64,000 nucleotides of DNA from an uncultured Acetobacteraceae bacterium (GTDB taxonomy: Bacteria > Pseudomonadota > Alphaproteobacteria > Acetobacterales > Acetobacteraceae): positions 26,283 through 90,282 of the forward strand of contig CAZTJC010000016.1 in assembly GCA_964613945.1 (NCBI GenBank). Reading direction: 5' to 3'. The first letter of the stretch is position 1, and every line of letters starts with the position of its first letter. The notes under the pieces were generated by a model. The model was not told the DNA's origin, searched no databases, and saw only the letters and a list, made by a program, of their open reading frames with translations. Both the position numbers and the translations under genes were made by a program. Of the stretch, positions 33,648 to 42,751 are shown in pieces.

Positions 33648-36600
33648 ATGCCTGCTTCCCTCCCGTCTCTCCGCCTGGGCTTCGACATTGGCGGCACCTT
33701 CACCGATTTCGTGCTGTCGGACCCGGCGACCGGCCTCCTACGCCTGCACAAGCGCCTTACCACGCCGGAGGACCCGGCGATCGGGGCGCTGGCGGGGTTG
33801 CGGCAGATCCTGGCCGAGGCAGGAGCGGATTTCGGCGCCGTGGCGGAGATCGTGCACGGCACCACCCTGGTCACCAACGCGGTCATCGAGCGCAAGGGCG
33901 CGCGGCTGGGGCTGCTGACCACCGCCGGCTTCCGCGACGTGCTGGAGGCCGGAACCGAGCAGCGCTACGACATCTACGATCTGTTCCTCACCTACCCTGA
34001 TCCGCTGGTGCAGCGCCGGCACCGGCTGGAGGTGATCGAGCGCATCGACCGGGATGGCCGGGTCGTGACGGAGCTGGATGCGGAGGGGGTGCGCGCCGCC
34101 TGCCGCACCCTGGCGGCGGCCGGGGTGGAAGCCGTGGCGATCTGCTTCCTCAACGCCTATCGCGAGCCGCGGCACGAGCGTGAGGCCGCTGCGATCGTCG
34201 CCGAAGCGTTGCCGGACATCCCAGTCTCCGTGTCGTCCGACGTGGTGGCGGAGATGGGCGAATACGCCCGCTGCGTCACCACGGCCGCCAACGCCTACGT
34301 GCAGCCGCTGATGACGACCTACCTCCGCCGCCTCCAGCACGCGTTGCGGGTGGAGGGTTTCACCGGCGCGCTGCGCCTGATGCACTCGGCCGGCGGGCTG
34401 GTGTCGGTGGATGCGGCCGCCTCGTTCCCGATCCGCCTGCTGGAGTCAGGGCCGGCCGGAGGGGCGCTCGCGGCGGCCCTGCTCGGGGCGCGGGCCGGTC
34501 ATTCGGACCTGCTGGCCTTTGACATGGGCGGCACCACGGCCAAGGCCTGCCTGATCGAGGACGGTCGTGCCGCGGTCGCCCCCATGCTGGAAGCCGGGCG
34601 GGAGCAGCGGTTCAAGAAGGGCTCCGGCCTGCCGATCAAGGCGGCGACCGTGGACATGATCGAGATCGGGGCGGGCGGCGGCTCGGTCGCCGCCATCGAT
34701 GGGGTGGGCCTGCTGCGGGTCGGGCCGCATTCGGCCGGTGCCGCGCCGGGGCCGGCCTGCTACGGGCGGGGTGGCACCAGGCCTACGGTGACGGACGCCA
34801 ACCTCCTGCTCGGTTATTACGATCCGGGCTTCTTCCTCGGCGGCACCATGGCGCTGGATGTGGACGCGGCATGCGCCGCCGTCGCGACGATTGCGGAACC
34901 GCTTGGCCTTTCCGTCGAGCAGGCGGCCTGGGGCATCCACAAGGTCGTGGTGGAAAGCATGGCCGATGCCGCCCGCGTCTATCTGGTGGAGCGCGGCAAG
35001 GACCCCCGCCGCTACGCCATGGTCGGCTTCGGCGGCGCCGGCCCGGCCCATGCCGCCGAGGTCGCCCGTGCCCTGGGCATGACCGAGTTGGTCGTGCCGC
35101 CCGCCTCCGGTGCCGCTTCCGCGCTGGGCTTCCTGGTCGCACCGCTTTCGGCCAGCCGCGTGCGCTCACAGCCGGTGCGGCTGGACCCCGCGGCAGACCT
35201 CGGGGCGCTGGAAGCCGTGCTGCAGACGCTGGAAGCCGACGCGCGGGCCGAGATGGCGGCGGCCGGAGTCACTGAACCGTTGATCGTCGAGCGTAGCGCG
35301 GACATGCGCCTGGTCGGGCAGATGCACGAGATCGCGGTGCCGCTGCCTGCCTTTGCCCTTGGCGCGGACAGCCTGCCGCTGCTCGTGGCCGCCTTCACCA
35401 CCGCCTACACGGCGCGCTACGCCGCCTTAGGGGAGGGCGTCCGCATCGAGGCGGTGAACTTCCGTGTTTCCGTCATCGGGCCAACCCCGGGGCTGGACCT
35501 CGACAACGGCACCGGCACCGGCACGGCGCGCAAGGGCGATCGCCAGGCCTGGTTCACCGACCGTTTCCACACCGCTGCCGTTTATGACCGCTACGCGCTC
35601 CGGGAAGGCGATACCGTGCCCGGCCCGGCCATCGTCGAGGAGCGGGAAGCCACCACGATCGTCGCCCCCGGCGACACCCTGCGCATCGACGCCGCCGGCA
35701 ACCTGCGCATCGCCATTGGCGTCGCCAGCACGGTGGCGCTGGTGCGCTCCGGCATGAGCCACGGTGAGGCCCGGGCTGCCATCGAGGCCGACCCGATCGC
35801 GCTCGAGATCATGTGGAGCCGGCTCACGACGGTGGTGGACGAGATGTGGCTCACCATCATCCGCACCGCGTTTTCCCTCATCATCGCGGAATCGCAGGAT
35901 TTCGCCTGCGAACTGCTGGACCCCGCGGGCGAGACGCTGGCCCATTCGCCGCGCGCCATGCCGGTGTTCAACCTGACGCTGCCGCGCGCGGTTAAAGCCT
36001 TGCTGGCCCGCTTCCCGGTGAACACGCTGCAGCCCGGCGACATGCTGGTCACCAACGATCCCTGGCTGTGTGCCGGGCACCTGTTCGACATCGCGGTGGT
36101 GTCCCCGGTGTTCCGCAACGGGGCGGTGGTGGCGCTAGTGGGCACGGTGGGCCACGTGGCCGATATCGGCGGCACGCGGGATAGCCTGCGCGCGCGGGAG
36201 ATCTTCGACGAAGGGCTGCAGATCCCGCCGATGAAGCTGGCCCGCGCCGGGGTGGATAACGAGGACCTGTTCACTCTGATCGGTGAGAACGTCCGCAATC
36301 CCACTCAGGTGATCGGCGACATCCAGGCCTTCATGTCCGCCAACCGGATCGGCGCGCAGCGCCTGCTGGCGTTCATGGACGAGTACGGCCTGGCCAACCT
36401 TAGCGCCCTGGCCGCCATCGTGCAGGACCGGTCTGAGGCCGCCATGCGCGCCGCCATCGCCGCCCTACCGGACGGCACCTACACCAGCAGCGTCGACTTC
36501 AGCCCGGTGGACGACACGCTGACCTTGCCGCTGACGCTGACCGTGTCTGGCGACACGATTGCCCTGGATTTCGCCGGTGCCCCCAAGCAGCTGTCCCGCG

Positions 36601-37430
36601 GCGGCGTGAACTCGACCATGAACTACACGGCGGCCCATGCCACCTACCCGTTGAAGTGCATGCTGACGCCCGGCGTGCGCGGCAATGCTGGCTGCTACCG
36701 GCCGTTCACCGTGACGGCGCCGGAAGGGTCGATCGTCAACTGCACCCGTCCTGCCGCGGTCGCGTCGCGCACCCGCACCGGCTGGTATCTGGCGCCGGCC
36801 GTGTTCCGGGCGTTGGCGGAGGCCGCGCCGGACAAGGTGCAGTCGCCCACCGGCCTGCCCGTGGCGGTCAACGTCTCCGGCCATGACGCCGCCGGCGCCC
36901 TGTATGCCGATCACCTGTTCATGGGCGGCGGCCAGGGCGGCAGCGCACAAGGCGATGGCAAATCGGGTCTGCTTTACCCGACCTCCGCCGCCAACACCGC
37001 GATCGAGGTGTTCGAGGCGCGGGTGCCGGTGCTGGTGCTGGAAAAGACCTTCCTGGCGGATAGCGGCGGTGCGGGGCAGGCACGCGGCGGGCTGGGGCAG
37101 CGCGTGCGCTTTCGCAAGCTGCACGATGACAGCTTGCCCACTCTGGCGGCGTTGTTCCCGGAAGGGGCCAAGGCGGTGCTGCCTGGCCTGGCGGGCGGGC
37201 AGGCCGGCGCGCGCGCCTTTGCCGGGGTGCGCGCCCCGGATGGCACGCTGTTGCACGATTGCGGCCCGGGCGAGCTGGTCACGCTCACCTCGCCGGACGA
37301 GATCGCGGAAATCGTCTTCGCGGGCGGTGCCGGCTACGGCGACCCGGCGCGGCGCCCCTCTGCCCGCGTGGCAGAGGATTTGCTCGATGGCAGGGTGACG
37401 GCCGCCCCCCTTTCCCGTGCTGCGGAGTAG
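33648..37430 (+). CDS. fused hydantoinase/oxoprolinase (HyuA-like N-terminal half + HyuB-like C-terminal half), ATP-dependent cyclic-amide hydrolase family
   Basis: Trimmed to MPASLPSLRLGFDIGGTFTDFVL (ATG at 33648), giving 1260 aa. The HyuA hallmark FDIGGTFTD is at the N-terminus. The HyuB-type block DPIALEIMWSRLTTVVDEMWLTIIRTAFSLIIAESQDFACELLD starts near 35790. Confidence 0.9.
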   Translation: MPASLPSLRLGFDIGGTFTDFVLSDPATGLLRLHKRLTTPEDPAIGALAGLRQILAEAGADFGAVAEIVHGTTLVTNAVIERKGARLGLLTTAGFRDVLEAGTEQRYDIYDLFLTYPDPLVQRRHRLEVIERIDRDGRVVTELDAEGVRAACRTLAAAGVEAVAICFLNAYREPRHEREAAAIVAEALPDIPVSVSSDVVAEMGEYARCVTTAANAYVQPLMTTYLRRLQHALRVEGFTGALRLMHSAGGLVSVDAAASFPIRLLESGPAGGALAAALLGARAGHSDLLAFDMGGTTAKACLIEDGRAAVAPMLEAGREQRFKKGSGLPIKAATVDMIEIGAGGGSVAAIDGVGLLRVGPHSAGAAPGPACYGRGGTRPTVTDANLLLGYYDPGFFLGGTMALDVDAACAAVATIAEPLGLSVEQAAWGIHKVVVESMADAARVYLVERGKDPRRYAMVGFGGAGPAHAAEVARALGMTELVVPPASGAASALGFLVAPLSASRVRSQPVRLDPAADLGALEAVLQTLEADARAEMAAAGVTEPLIVERSADMRLVGQMHEIAVPLPAFALGADSLPLLVAAFTTAYTARYAALGEGVRIEAVNFRVSVIGPTPGLDLDNGTGTGTARKGDRQAWFTDRFHTAAVYDRYALREGDTVPGPAIVEEREATTIVAPGDTLRIDAAGNLRIAIGVASTVALVRSGMSHGEARAAIEADPIALEIMWSRLTTVVDEMWLTIIRTAFSLIIAESQDFACELLDPAGETLAHSPRAMPVFNLTLPRAVKALLARFPVNTLQPGDMLVTNDPWLCAGHLFDIAVVSPVFRNGAVVALVGTVGHVADIGGTRDSLRAREIFDEGLQIPPMKLARAGVDNEDLFTLIGENVRNPTQVIGDIQAFMSANRIGAQRLLAFMDEYGLANLSALAAIVQDRSEAAMRAAIAALPDGTYTSSVDFSPVDDTLTLPLTLTVSGDTIALDFAGAPKQLSRGGVNSTMNYTAAHATYPLKCMLTPGVRGNAGCYRPFTVTAPEGSIVNCTRPAAVASRTRTGWYLAPAVFRALAEAAPDKVQSPTGLPVAVNVSGHDAAGALYADHLFMGGGQGGSAQGDGKSGLLYPTSAANTAIEVFEARVPVLVLEKTFLADSGGAGQARGGLGQRVRFRKLHDDSLPTLAALFPEGAKAVLPGLAGGQAGARAFAGVRAPDGTLLHDCGPGELVTLTSPDEIAEIVFAGGAGYGDPARRPSARVAEDLLDGRVTAAPLSRAAE

Positions 37431-37433
37431 ATC

Positions 37434-39029
37434 ATGGACAATGTCGCCAAGGACCTGGTCGCCCCAGCCCGCCACCCAAGCATCTTCGAACCCGCAACCC
37501 TGATCCTGTTGACCGTGCTCTGCGTCGTCGGCGCGATCATCGGCATGCAGATGCTGGTGACCCTCGGCGTCACGGCCAATACCTCCATCGTCGGCGCGCT
37601 GGTCGCCATGGCGCTGGCGCGCATTCCGATGAAGATGTTCAGCCGGTTCCGGTCGATCCATGTGCAGAACCTGGCCCAGAGCGCCATTTCGGCTGCCACG
37701 TTCGGGGCCGGCAACTCGCTGCTGCTGCCGATCGGCATTCCGTTTCTGCTCGGCCGCGGGGATCTGGTGCTGCCGCTGCTCGGCGGCGTCGCGCTGGCCA
37801 TGCTGGTGGACGCGACCATGCTGTTTCGCATGTTCGGCTCTCGAGCCTTCCCGGCCGAGGGGGCCTGGCCGCCGGGCGTGGCGGCGGCCGAGGCGATCCG
37901 TGCCGGTGACGAGGGCGGCCGCCGCATCGGCATCCTCGGGGCCGGCGTGCTGGCGGGCGTGGTCGGCACCGGGTTCCTCGGCATCCCCATGTCGGCCTTC
38001 GGCGTCGCCTTCATCGGCAACGTCTGGGCACTGTCCATGTTCGGTATCGGCTTGCTGGTGCGGGGCTACTCGCCGCAGCTGTTCTCCGGCTGGTTGCCGC
38101 GCGGCGATATCGGCGCCGCCTTCATCCCGCACGGTATCATGATCGGCGCCGGGCTGGTGGCACTGGTTCAGGTCGCGACCGTGCTGCTGGCGCGGCGAAG
38201 CGCGGACGGGCCGGCGCAGGCCGGGCCTGGCCGGGCGCTCGGGGTGGGATCGCTCGCCTACATGGCCATCGCCGTGTTGATCGCGCTGGGGGGTGGATTG
38301 TCGAGCGAGCTGTCGACGGGAATGCTGGTACTGTTCATCGTCTATGCCGCCTTTGCCGCCCTGGTGCATGAGCTGATCGTCGGGCTAGCGGCCATGCATT
38401 CCGGCTGGTTCCCCGCCTTCGCGGTGGCGCTCATCACCTTGATCGGCGGCATGCTGATCGGCTTCCCGCCCGTGTCGCTGGCGTTGCTGGTCGGCTTCTC
38501 CGCCGCCACCGGCCCGGCCTTTGCCGACATGGGCTACGACCTCAAGGCCGGCTTCATGCTGCGCGGCCATGGTGCCGACCCGGCGTTCGAGCGGGACGGG
38601 CGCTTTCAACAATACCTGGCTGCCATGTTCGCCTTCGTGGTCGCCGGGCTCGTCGTGCTGGTGTCCTACCAGGGTTACTTCGCGTCCAACTTGGTGGCGC
38701 CGGTGGCCAAGGTCTATGTCGCCACCATCAAGGCGGGGGCGGCACCGGGCGTGGCCTGGCAGTTGCTGCTGTGGGCGATCCCGGGCGCGTTGCTGCAACT
38801 AGCGGGTGGGCCGACCCGGCAGATGGGCGTGCTGTTCGCCACCGGCATGCTGATCGTCTTTCCCGCCGCAGGATGGGCCGTGCTGGCGGGCGTGGTCCTG
38901 CGCTTGGTCTACGCACGGCTGCGCGGGCCGGAGGCGCAGGGCGAGATGGAAGTGTTCGCCGGCGGTGCCATCGCCGGCGATGCGCTGACCGGCTTCTACA
39001 ACGGCGTCGCGGCAAACCTGAAGCGTTGA
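37434..39029 (+). CDS. OPT-family (oligopeptide transporter superfamily) membrane transporter
   Basis: 531 aa, polytopic. The N-terminal FEPATLILLTVLCVVGAIIGMQMLVTLGVTANTSIVGALVAMALA resembles bacterial OPT proteins as I remember them. It starts 3 nt after the HyuAB stop. Confidence 0.7.
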   Translation: MDNVAKDLVAPARHPSIFEPATLILLTVLCVVGAIIGMQMLVTLGVTANTSIVGALVAMALARIPMKMFSRFRSIHVQNLAQSAISAATFGAGNSLLLPIGIPFLLGRGDLVLPLLGGVALAMLVDATMLFRMFGSRAFPAEGAWPPGVAAAEAIRAGDEGGRRIGILGAGVLAGVVGTGFLGIPMSAFGVAFIGNVWALSMFGIGLLVRGYSPQLFSGWLPRGDIGAAFIPHGIMIGAGLVALVQVATVLLARRSADGPAQAGPGRALGVGSLAYMAIAVLIALGGGLSSELSTGMLVLFIVYAAFAALVHELIVGLAAMHSGWFPAFAVALITLIGGMLIGFPPVSLALLVGFSAATGPAFADMGYDLKAGFMLRGHGADPAFERDGRFQQYLAAMFAFVVAGLVVLVSYQGYFASNLVAPVAKVYVATIKAGAAPGVAWQLLLWAIPGALLQLAGGPTRQMGVLFATGMLIVFPAAGWAVLAGVVLRLVYARLRGPEAQGEMEVFAGGAIAGDALTGFYNGVAANLKR

Positions 39030-39054
39030 TGTCTCATCAAGAAGGAGGCGCAGC

Positions 39055-39525
39055 ATGCGCATCGTGAAAGCTCAACCACTGACGACCGAAGCGTTCGCGC
39101 CATATGGCGACGTGCTGGTGATCCCGACCGTCAACGGCCGGTATGACGCGGACGCCGCGCTGGCGTCGACACGCCCGTCGGCCCGGCCAAGCCTCGGCCT
39201 CAGCCAGCGGGACCCGGTCAGCCCGCCGTTTCGCGTAACCCAGATGGAGCGGCACCGGTTTTCGTCGCAGACCTTTCTGCCGCTGACGCCCGTTCGTTTT
39301 CTGGTTCTGGTGGCGCCACACGGTGCCGATGGCCCGAACATGGAGCAGGCCCAGGCATTCCTGGCTGGTCCCGGCCAGGGCATCACCTACGGGGCCGATG
39401 TCTGGCATCATCCCATGGCGGTGCTCGATACCCCGGCCCGCTTCGCCACGCTGATCTGGCGCGACGGCAGCGCCGATGACGAGCAGTTCGTCGACGTGCA
39501 GCCGTTCATCCTCGAACTCGGCTGA
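39055..39525 (+). CDS. allA: ureidoglycolate lyase (AllA family)
   Basis: 156 aa. MRIVKAQPLTTEAFAPYGDVL and the later HPMAVL/FxxLIW blocks are typical of AllA. Confidence 0.85.
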   Translation: MRIVKAQPLTTEAFAPYGDVLVIPTVNGRYDADAALASTRPSARPSLGLSQRDPVSPPFRVTQMERHRFSSQTFLPLTPVRFLVLVAPHGADGPNMEQAQAFLAGPGQGITYGADVWHHPMAVLDTPARFATLIWRDGSADDEQFVDVQPFILELG

Positions 39526-39535
39526 GGCGCTCGGC

Positions 39536-40456
39536 ATGACGTATGAAGTGCAACGTGACTTCCGCGGCTACGGCGCGCATCCGCCCGATCCCCAATGGCC
39601 CGGTGGCGCACGGATCGCCGTCAACTTCGTGCTGAACTACGAGGAAGGCTCGGAGCTGTCGCATCCGGATGGCGACGGGGCCTCCGAGTGGGGCGTGTCG
39701 GATTCCAATGGCCAGGCCGCTGCCTTCGGGCGCGACCTGTGCGCCGAGAGCATGTTCGAATACGGCTCGCGGGTCGGTTTCTGGCGGCTGCAGCGCCTGT
39801 TCCGAGAGCGTGGCCTGCCGCTCACGGTGTTCGGTTGTGCCCTCGCGTTGGAGCGCAATCCGGAGGCCGCAGCGGCGATCCGGGAGGCCGGGTACGATGT
39901 CTGCTGCCATGGCTGGCGCTGGGTCAAGCACTTCCAGCTTTCGGAAGCCGAGGAGCGCGACCACATCCGCCGCGCGGTCGCCTCGCTGGAAAAGACGGTC
40001 GGGCATCGGCCGGATGGCTGGTACTGCCGCTACGGGCCGAGCGTGAACACGCGCCGCCTGCTCGTCGAAGCAGGCGGCTTCCTCTACGACAGTGACAGCT
40101 ACGCCGATGAATTGCCCTGGTGGGTGACGGTGGACGGCAAAGGCCACCTGGTGGTGCCGTATTCGCTGACCCATAACGATGGCAAGTTCCTGGGCAATGT
40201 CGGCACAGCCGACGACTGGTTCGCCTTTATCCGCGACGGCTTCGACACGCTGTACGCCGAAGGTGACGACGCGCCCAAGATGATGTCCGTCGGCCTGCAC
40301 ATGCGCCTGATCGGGCATCCATCCCGGGCCGCCGGGTTGGCCCGGTTGCTGGACCACATTCTCAAGCACGACCGCGTCTGGGTGACCCGGCGCATCGACA
40401 TCGCCCGGCACTGGACGGCGACGCACCCGTATCCAGGCCGCGGTCTGAACGAGTGA
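39536..40456 (+). CDS. puuE: allantoinase PuuE (polysaccharide-deacetylase fold)
   Basis: ATG at 39536. RDFRGYGAHPPDPQWPGGARIAVNFVLNYEEGSE, FEYGSRVGFWRL, GGFLYDSDSYADELPWW, APKMMSVGLHMRLIGHPSRAAGL, and VWVTRRIDIARHW closely follow the Pseudomonas PuuE sequence as I recall it. Confidence 0.9.
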   Translation: MTYEVQRDFRGYGAHPPDPQWPGGARIAVNFVLNYEEGSELSHPDGDGASEWGVSDSNGQAAAFGRDLCAESMFEYGSRVGFWRLQRLFRERGLPLTVFGCALALERNPEAAAAIREAGYDVCCHGWRWVKHFQLSEAEERDHIRRAVASLEKTVGHRPDGWYCRYGPSVNTRRLLVEAGGFLYDSDSYADELPWWVTVDGKGHLVVPYSLTHNDGKFLGNVGTADDWFAFIRDGFDTLYAEGDDAPKMMSVGLHMRLIGHPSRAAGLARLLDHILKHDRVWVTRRIDIARHWTATHPYPGRGLNE

Positions 40457-40499
40457 TGACACCACCCTCTCGCAACATCCCCGAATCGGAGTCCCCGTC

Positions 40500-41366
40500 T
40501 TGAACCGTGCACAATCCTTCCGGCTCCTGCTGACGGCATCCTTGCTGGCCATCGGCATTCAATCGGTCGCGCTGGCCCAGGACGCCGACCACCCGTCCGA
40601 TGCACCGTTGGTGGTCGGCTCCGACTTCGGTGTGGCACCCTGGATGGTCCGGGGCACCGGCGGTGCCGAGGGATTCGGCGCCGACCTGATCCGCGAGGTC
40701 GGCAAGCGGCTCGGTCGTCCGTCGGTGGAGATCGTGGACGTCAACTTCTCCGGCCTGTTCCCGGCGCTGTTCTCCAAGCGCATCGAGTTCACGGTCAACC
40801 CGCTGAACATCACCGCCGAGCGCGCCGCCCGCATGCTGTTCACCGAGCCGTTCTTCGCCACCGGCAACGGCTTCATCGTCCGCCAGGCGGACAGCATGGC
40901 CGGGTTCGAGGATCTGAAGGGCAAGGTGGTCGCCGTGAACCGTGGCACCATCTCGGACACCTGGGCGACGGAGAATGCCGAGCGTTATGGCTTCCAGGTC
41001 GAACGCTACGACACCTTCCCCGACACCGTGCAGGCCGTGCTGACCCGGCGCGCGTTCACCGCGCTGAACGAGATCCCGACCACCGTTTATGCGGCGTCGC
41101 GCAACCGCACGATCAAGGTCGGCTTCAAGGATTTCAACGGCCGCAACTTCGGCTACGCCTTCCGGCTGGAGGACGCCGCCTACCGCAACAAGGTCGAAGG
41201 CGTGCTGGAGTGCATGAAGCGTGATGGCAGCCTGAAGGCACTCTACGAGAAGTACTACGGCGAGGCGCCTGCCGAAGGGTCTTCGGTAGTGACGGTCTAT
41301 GAGGGTTGGGGTGCGCCGGGCTTCGCCAATTACGACCCAACGCCGCATCCCGCTTCGTGCAGCTGA
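40500..41366 (+). CDS. amino-acid ABC transporter substrate-binding protein (family 3)
   Basis: TTG start. Sec signal MNRAQSFRLLLTASLLAIGIQSVALAQ. Family-3 SBP style. Confidence 0.82.
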   Translation: MNRAQSFRLLLTASLLAIGIQSVALAQDADHPSDAPLVVGSDFGVAPWMVRGTGGAEGFGADLIREVGKRLGRPSVEIVDVNFSGLFPALFSKRIEFTVNPLNITAERAARMLFTEPFFATGNGFIVRQADSMAGFEDLKGKVVAVNRGTISDTWATENAERYGFQVERYDTFPDTVQAVLTRRAFTALNEIPTTVYAASRNRTIKVGFKDFNGRNFGYAFRLEDAAYRNKVEGVLECMKRDGSLKALYEKYYGEAPAEGSSVVTVYEGWGAPGFANYDPTPHPASCS

Positions 41367-41398
41367 TGCCGAGACGGCCCGTCGGCGGCTGATTTCAC

Positions 41399-42070
41399 GT
41401 GAACAGTCTGGGCGAGTACTACTTCAACGGCGGGGTCATGGCGGCGGCCCTACCGGCGGTGCTGCGCGGCTTCGGCATCACGGTCGCGGCGTCGCTGTGC
41501 CTGATCGTGCTGGGGCTCCTGCTCGGCCTGGTGCTGGCCCTGCTGCGTTGCTCCCCGGTGCGGCCGCTTCGGTGGCTGGTCGCGGTCTGGGTGGATGTGT
41601 TCCGCACCTTGCCGCAGCTGGTGGTGCTGATCGTGCTCTACTTCGCGCTGCCCTATCTCGGGATCGCGCTGTCGCCCTTCGCAGCGACGGTGCTGGCGCT
41701 GGGTGCGGTGCTGTCGGCATTCGCTGCGGACATCTTCTACGCCGCCATTATGGCCGTTCCCGCTGGCCAGTGGGATGCCGCGCGGGCGTTGGGCCTGCGC
41801 CCCGCCCAGGTCTACGGCTTGGTCGTGCTCCGCCAGGCGGTGGTGCTGGCCGTGCCGCTGCTGACCAACCGGGCCGTCGCGATCGCCAAGGGCACCGCGC
41901 TCGGCTCGGCCATCGCGCTGCCCGAGGCGCTCAGCAGTGCGCAGAGTGTCACCGCGGTGCTGGCCAACCCGTCGCCGCTGACGCTGGCGGCGGCCTTCTA
42001 CCTGTCGTTCTTCATTCCCCTTGTGGTGCTCAGCCGTTTCCTCGAGCGGCGCGTCGGCGGGTCGAGGTAG
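41399..42070 (+). CDS. amino-acid ABC transporter permease
   Basis: 223 aa, GTG start. Blocks VFRTLPQLVVLIVLYFALPYLG and GQWDAARALGL. Confidence 0.88.
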   Translation: MNSLGEYYFNGGVMAAALPAVLRGFGITVAASLCLIVLGLLLGLVLALLRCSPVRPLRWLVAVWVDVFRTLPQLVVLIVLYFALPYLGIALSPFAATVLALGAVLSAFAADIFYAAIMAVPAGQWDAARALGLRPAQVYGLVVLRQAVVLAVPLLTNRAVAIAKGTALGSAIALPEALSSAQSVTAVLANPSPLTLAAAFYLSFFIPLVVLSRFLERRVGGSR

Positions 42071-42074
42071 CGCC

Positions 42075-42746
42075 GTGCAGGACCTGATCGACAACTTCGC
42101 CAATCTCGACAGCCTTGCCGAGATCTACCCGCTCTTGTTGCAGGGCTTGCGGCTGACCGGCTTGTTGGCCGCCGTCGCCCTGCCGGTATCGATCGCCGGC
42201 GGGCTGCTGGTCGCCATGCTGTACAGCTTCTCCGGCCCGGCTGGGCGACGTGTGCTGCTCGTCCTGGTCGACCTGCTGCGGGCGTTTCCGGTTTTGGTGC
42301 TGCTGGTGCTGGTGTTCTACGGCCTGCCTTTCCTGGGTATTCGCCTCGGCGGCTTTGCGGCGGTGATCGTGGCGCTGGCGCTCAACAATACCGGTTATTT
42401 TGGGGAGATCTTCCGCGCCGGGCTGGCGTCGATCCCGGCCGGTCAGGCCGAGGCCGCCGCGGCGCTGGGTCTCAGCCGCTTTCGCATCCTCCTTCTCGTG
42501 CTGCTGCCACAGGCCGTGCGCAAGGTCGTCGCGCCGTTGGCGGGCAATGCGCTGGAGCTGGTCAAGACCACCTCCATCGGTGCCCTGGTGGCAATGCCGG
42601 AGCTGTTGCGGTCCGCACGCGTGGCCCAGGAGCAGACCTATAATCCCACGCCGCTGATGGCGGCGGCCTTGATTTACTTCGCCCTGCTCTGGCCGTTCAC
42701 CCGCTGGGTGGCGGCGGCCGAGCGGCGCGCCATTGCCAGGAGCTGA
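42075..42746 (+). CDS. amino-acid ABC transporter permease
   Basis: I take the GTG at 42075, 4 nt after the previous stop; the track ORF from 42021 overlaps that gene. Blocks LLRAFPVLVLLVLVFYGLPFLG and GQAEAAAALGLS. Confidence 0.87.
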   Translation: MQDLIDNFANLDSLAEIYPLLLQGLRLTGLLAAVALPVSIAGGLLVAMLYSFSGPAGRRVLLVLVDLLRAFPVLVLLVLVFYGLPFLGIRLGGFAAVIVALALNNTGYFGEIFRAGLASIPAGQAEAAAALGLSRFRILLLVLLPQAVRKVVAPLAGNALELVKTTSIGALVAMPELLRSARVAQEQTYNPTPLMAAALIYFALLWPFTRWVAAAERRAIARS

Positions 42747-42751
42747 CGACC

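Noticed and set aside
40500-42746. Possible degraded ATPase pseudogene explaining the ATPase-less ABC systems.
   Set aside because: The gene following the second permease starts 5 nt after its stop (42752). The other system ends in a 4-nt convergent overlap. There is no intergenic space for a remnant.
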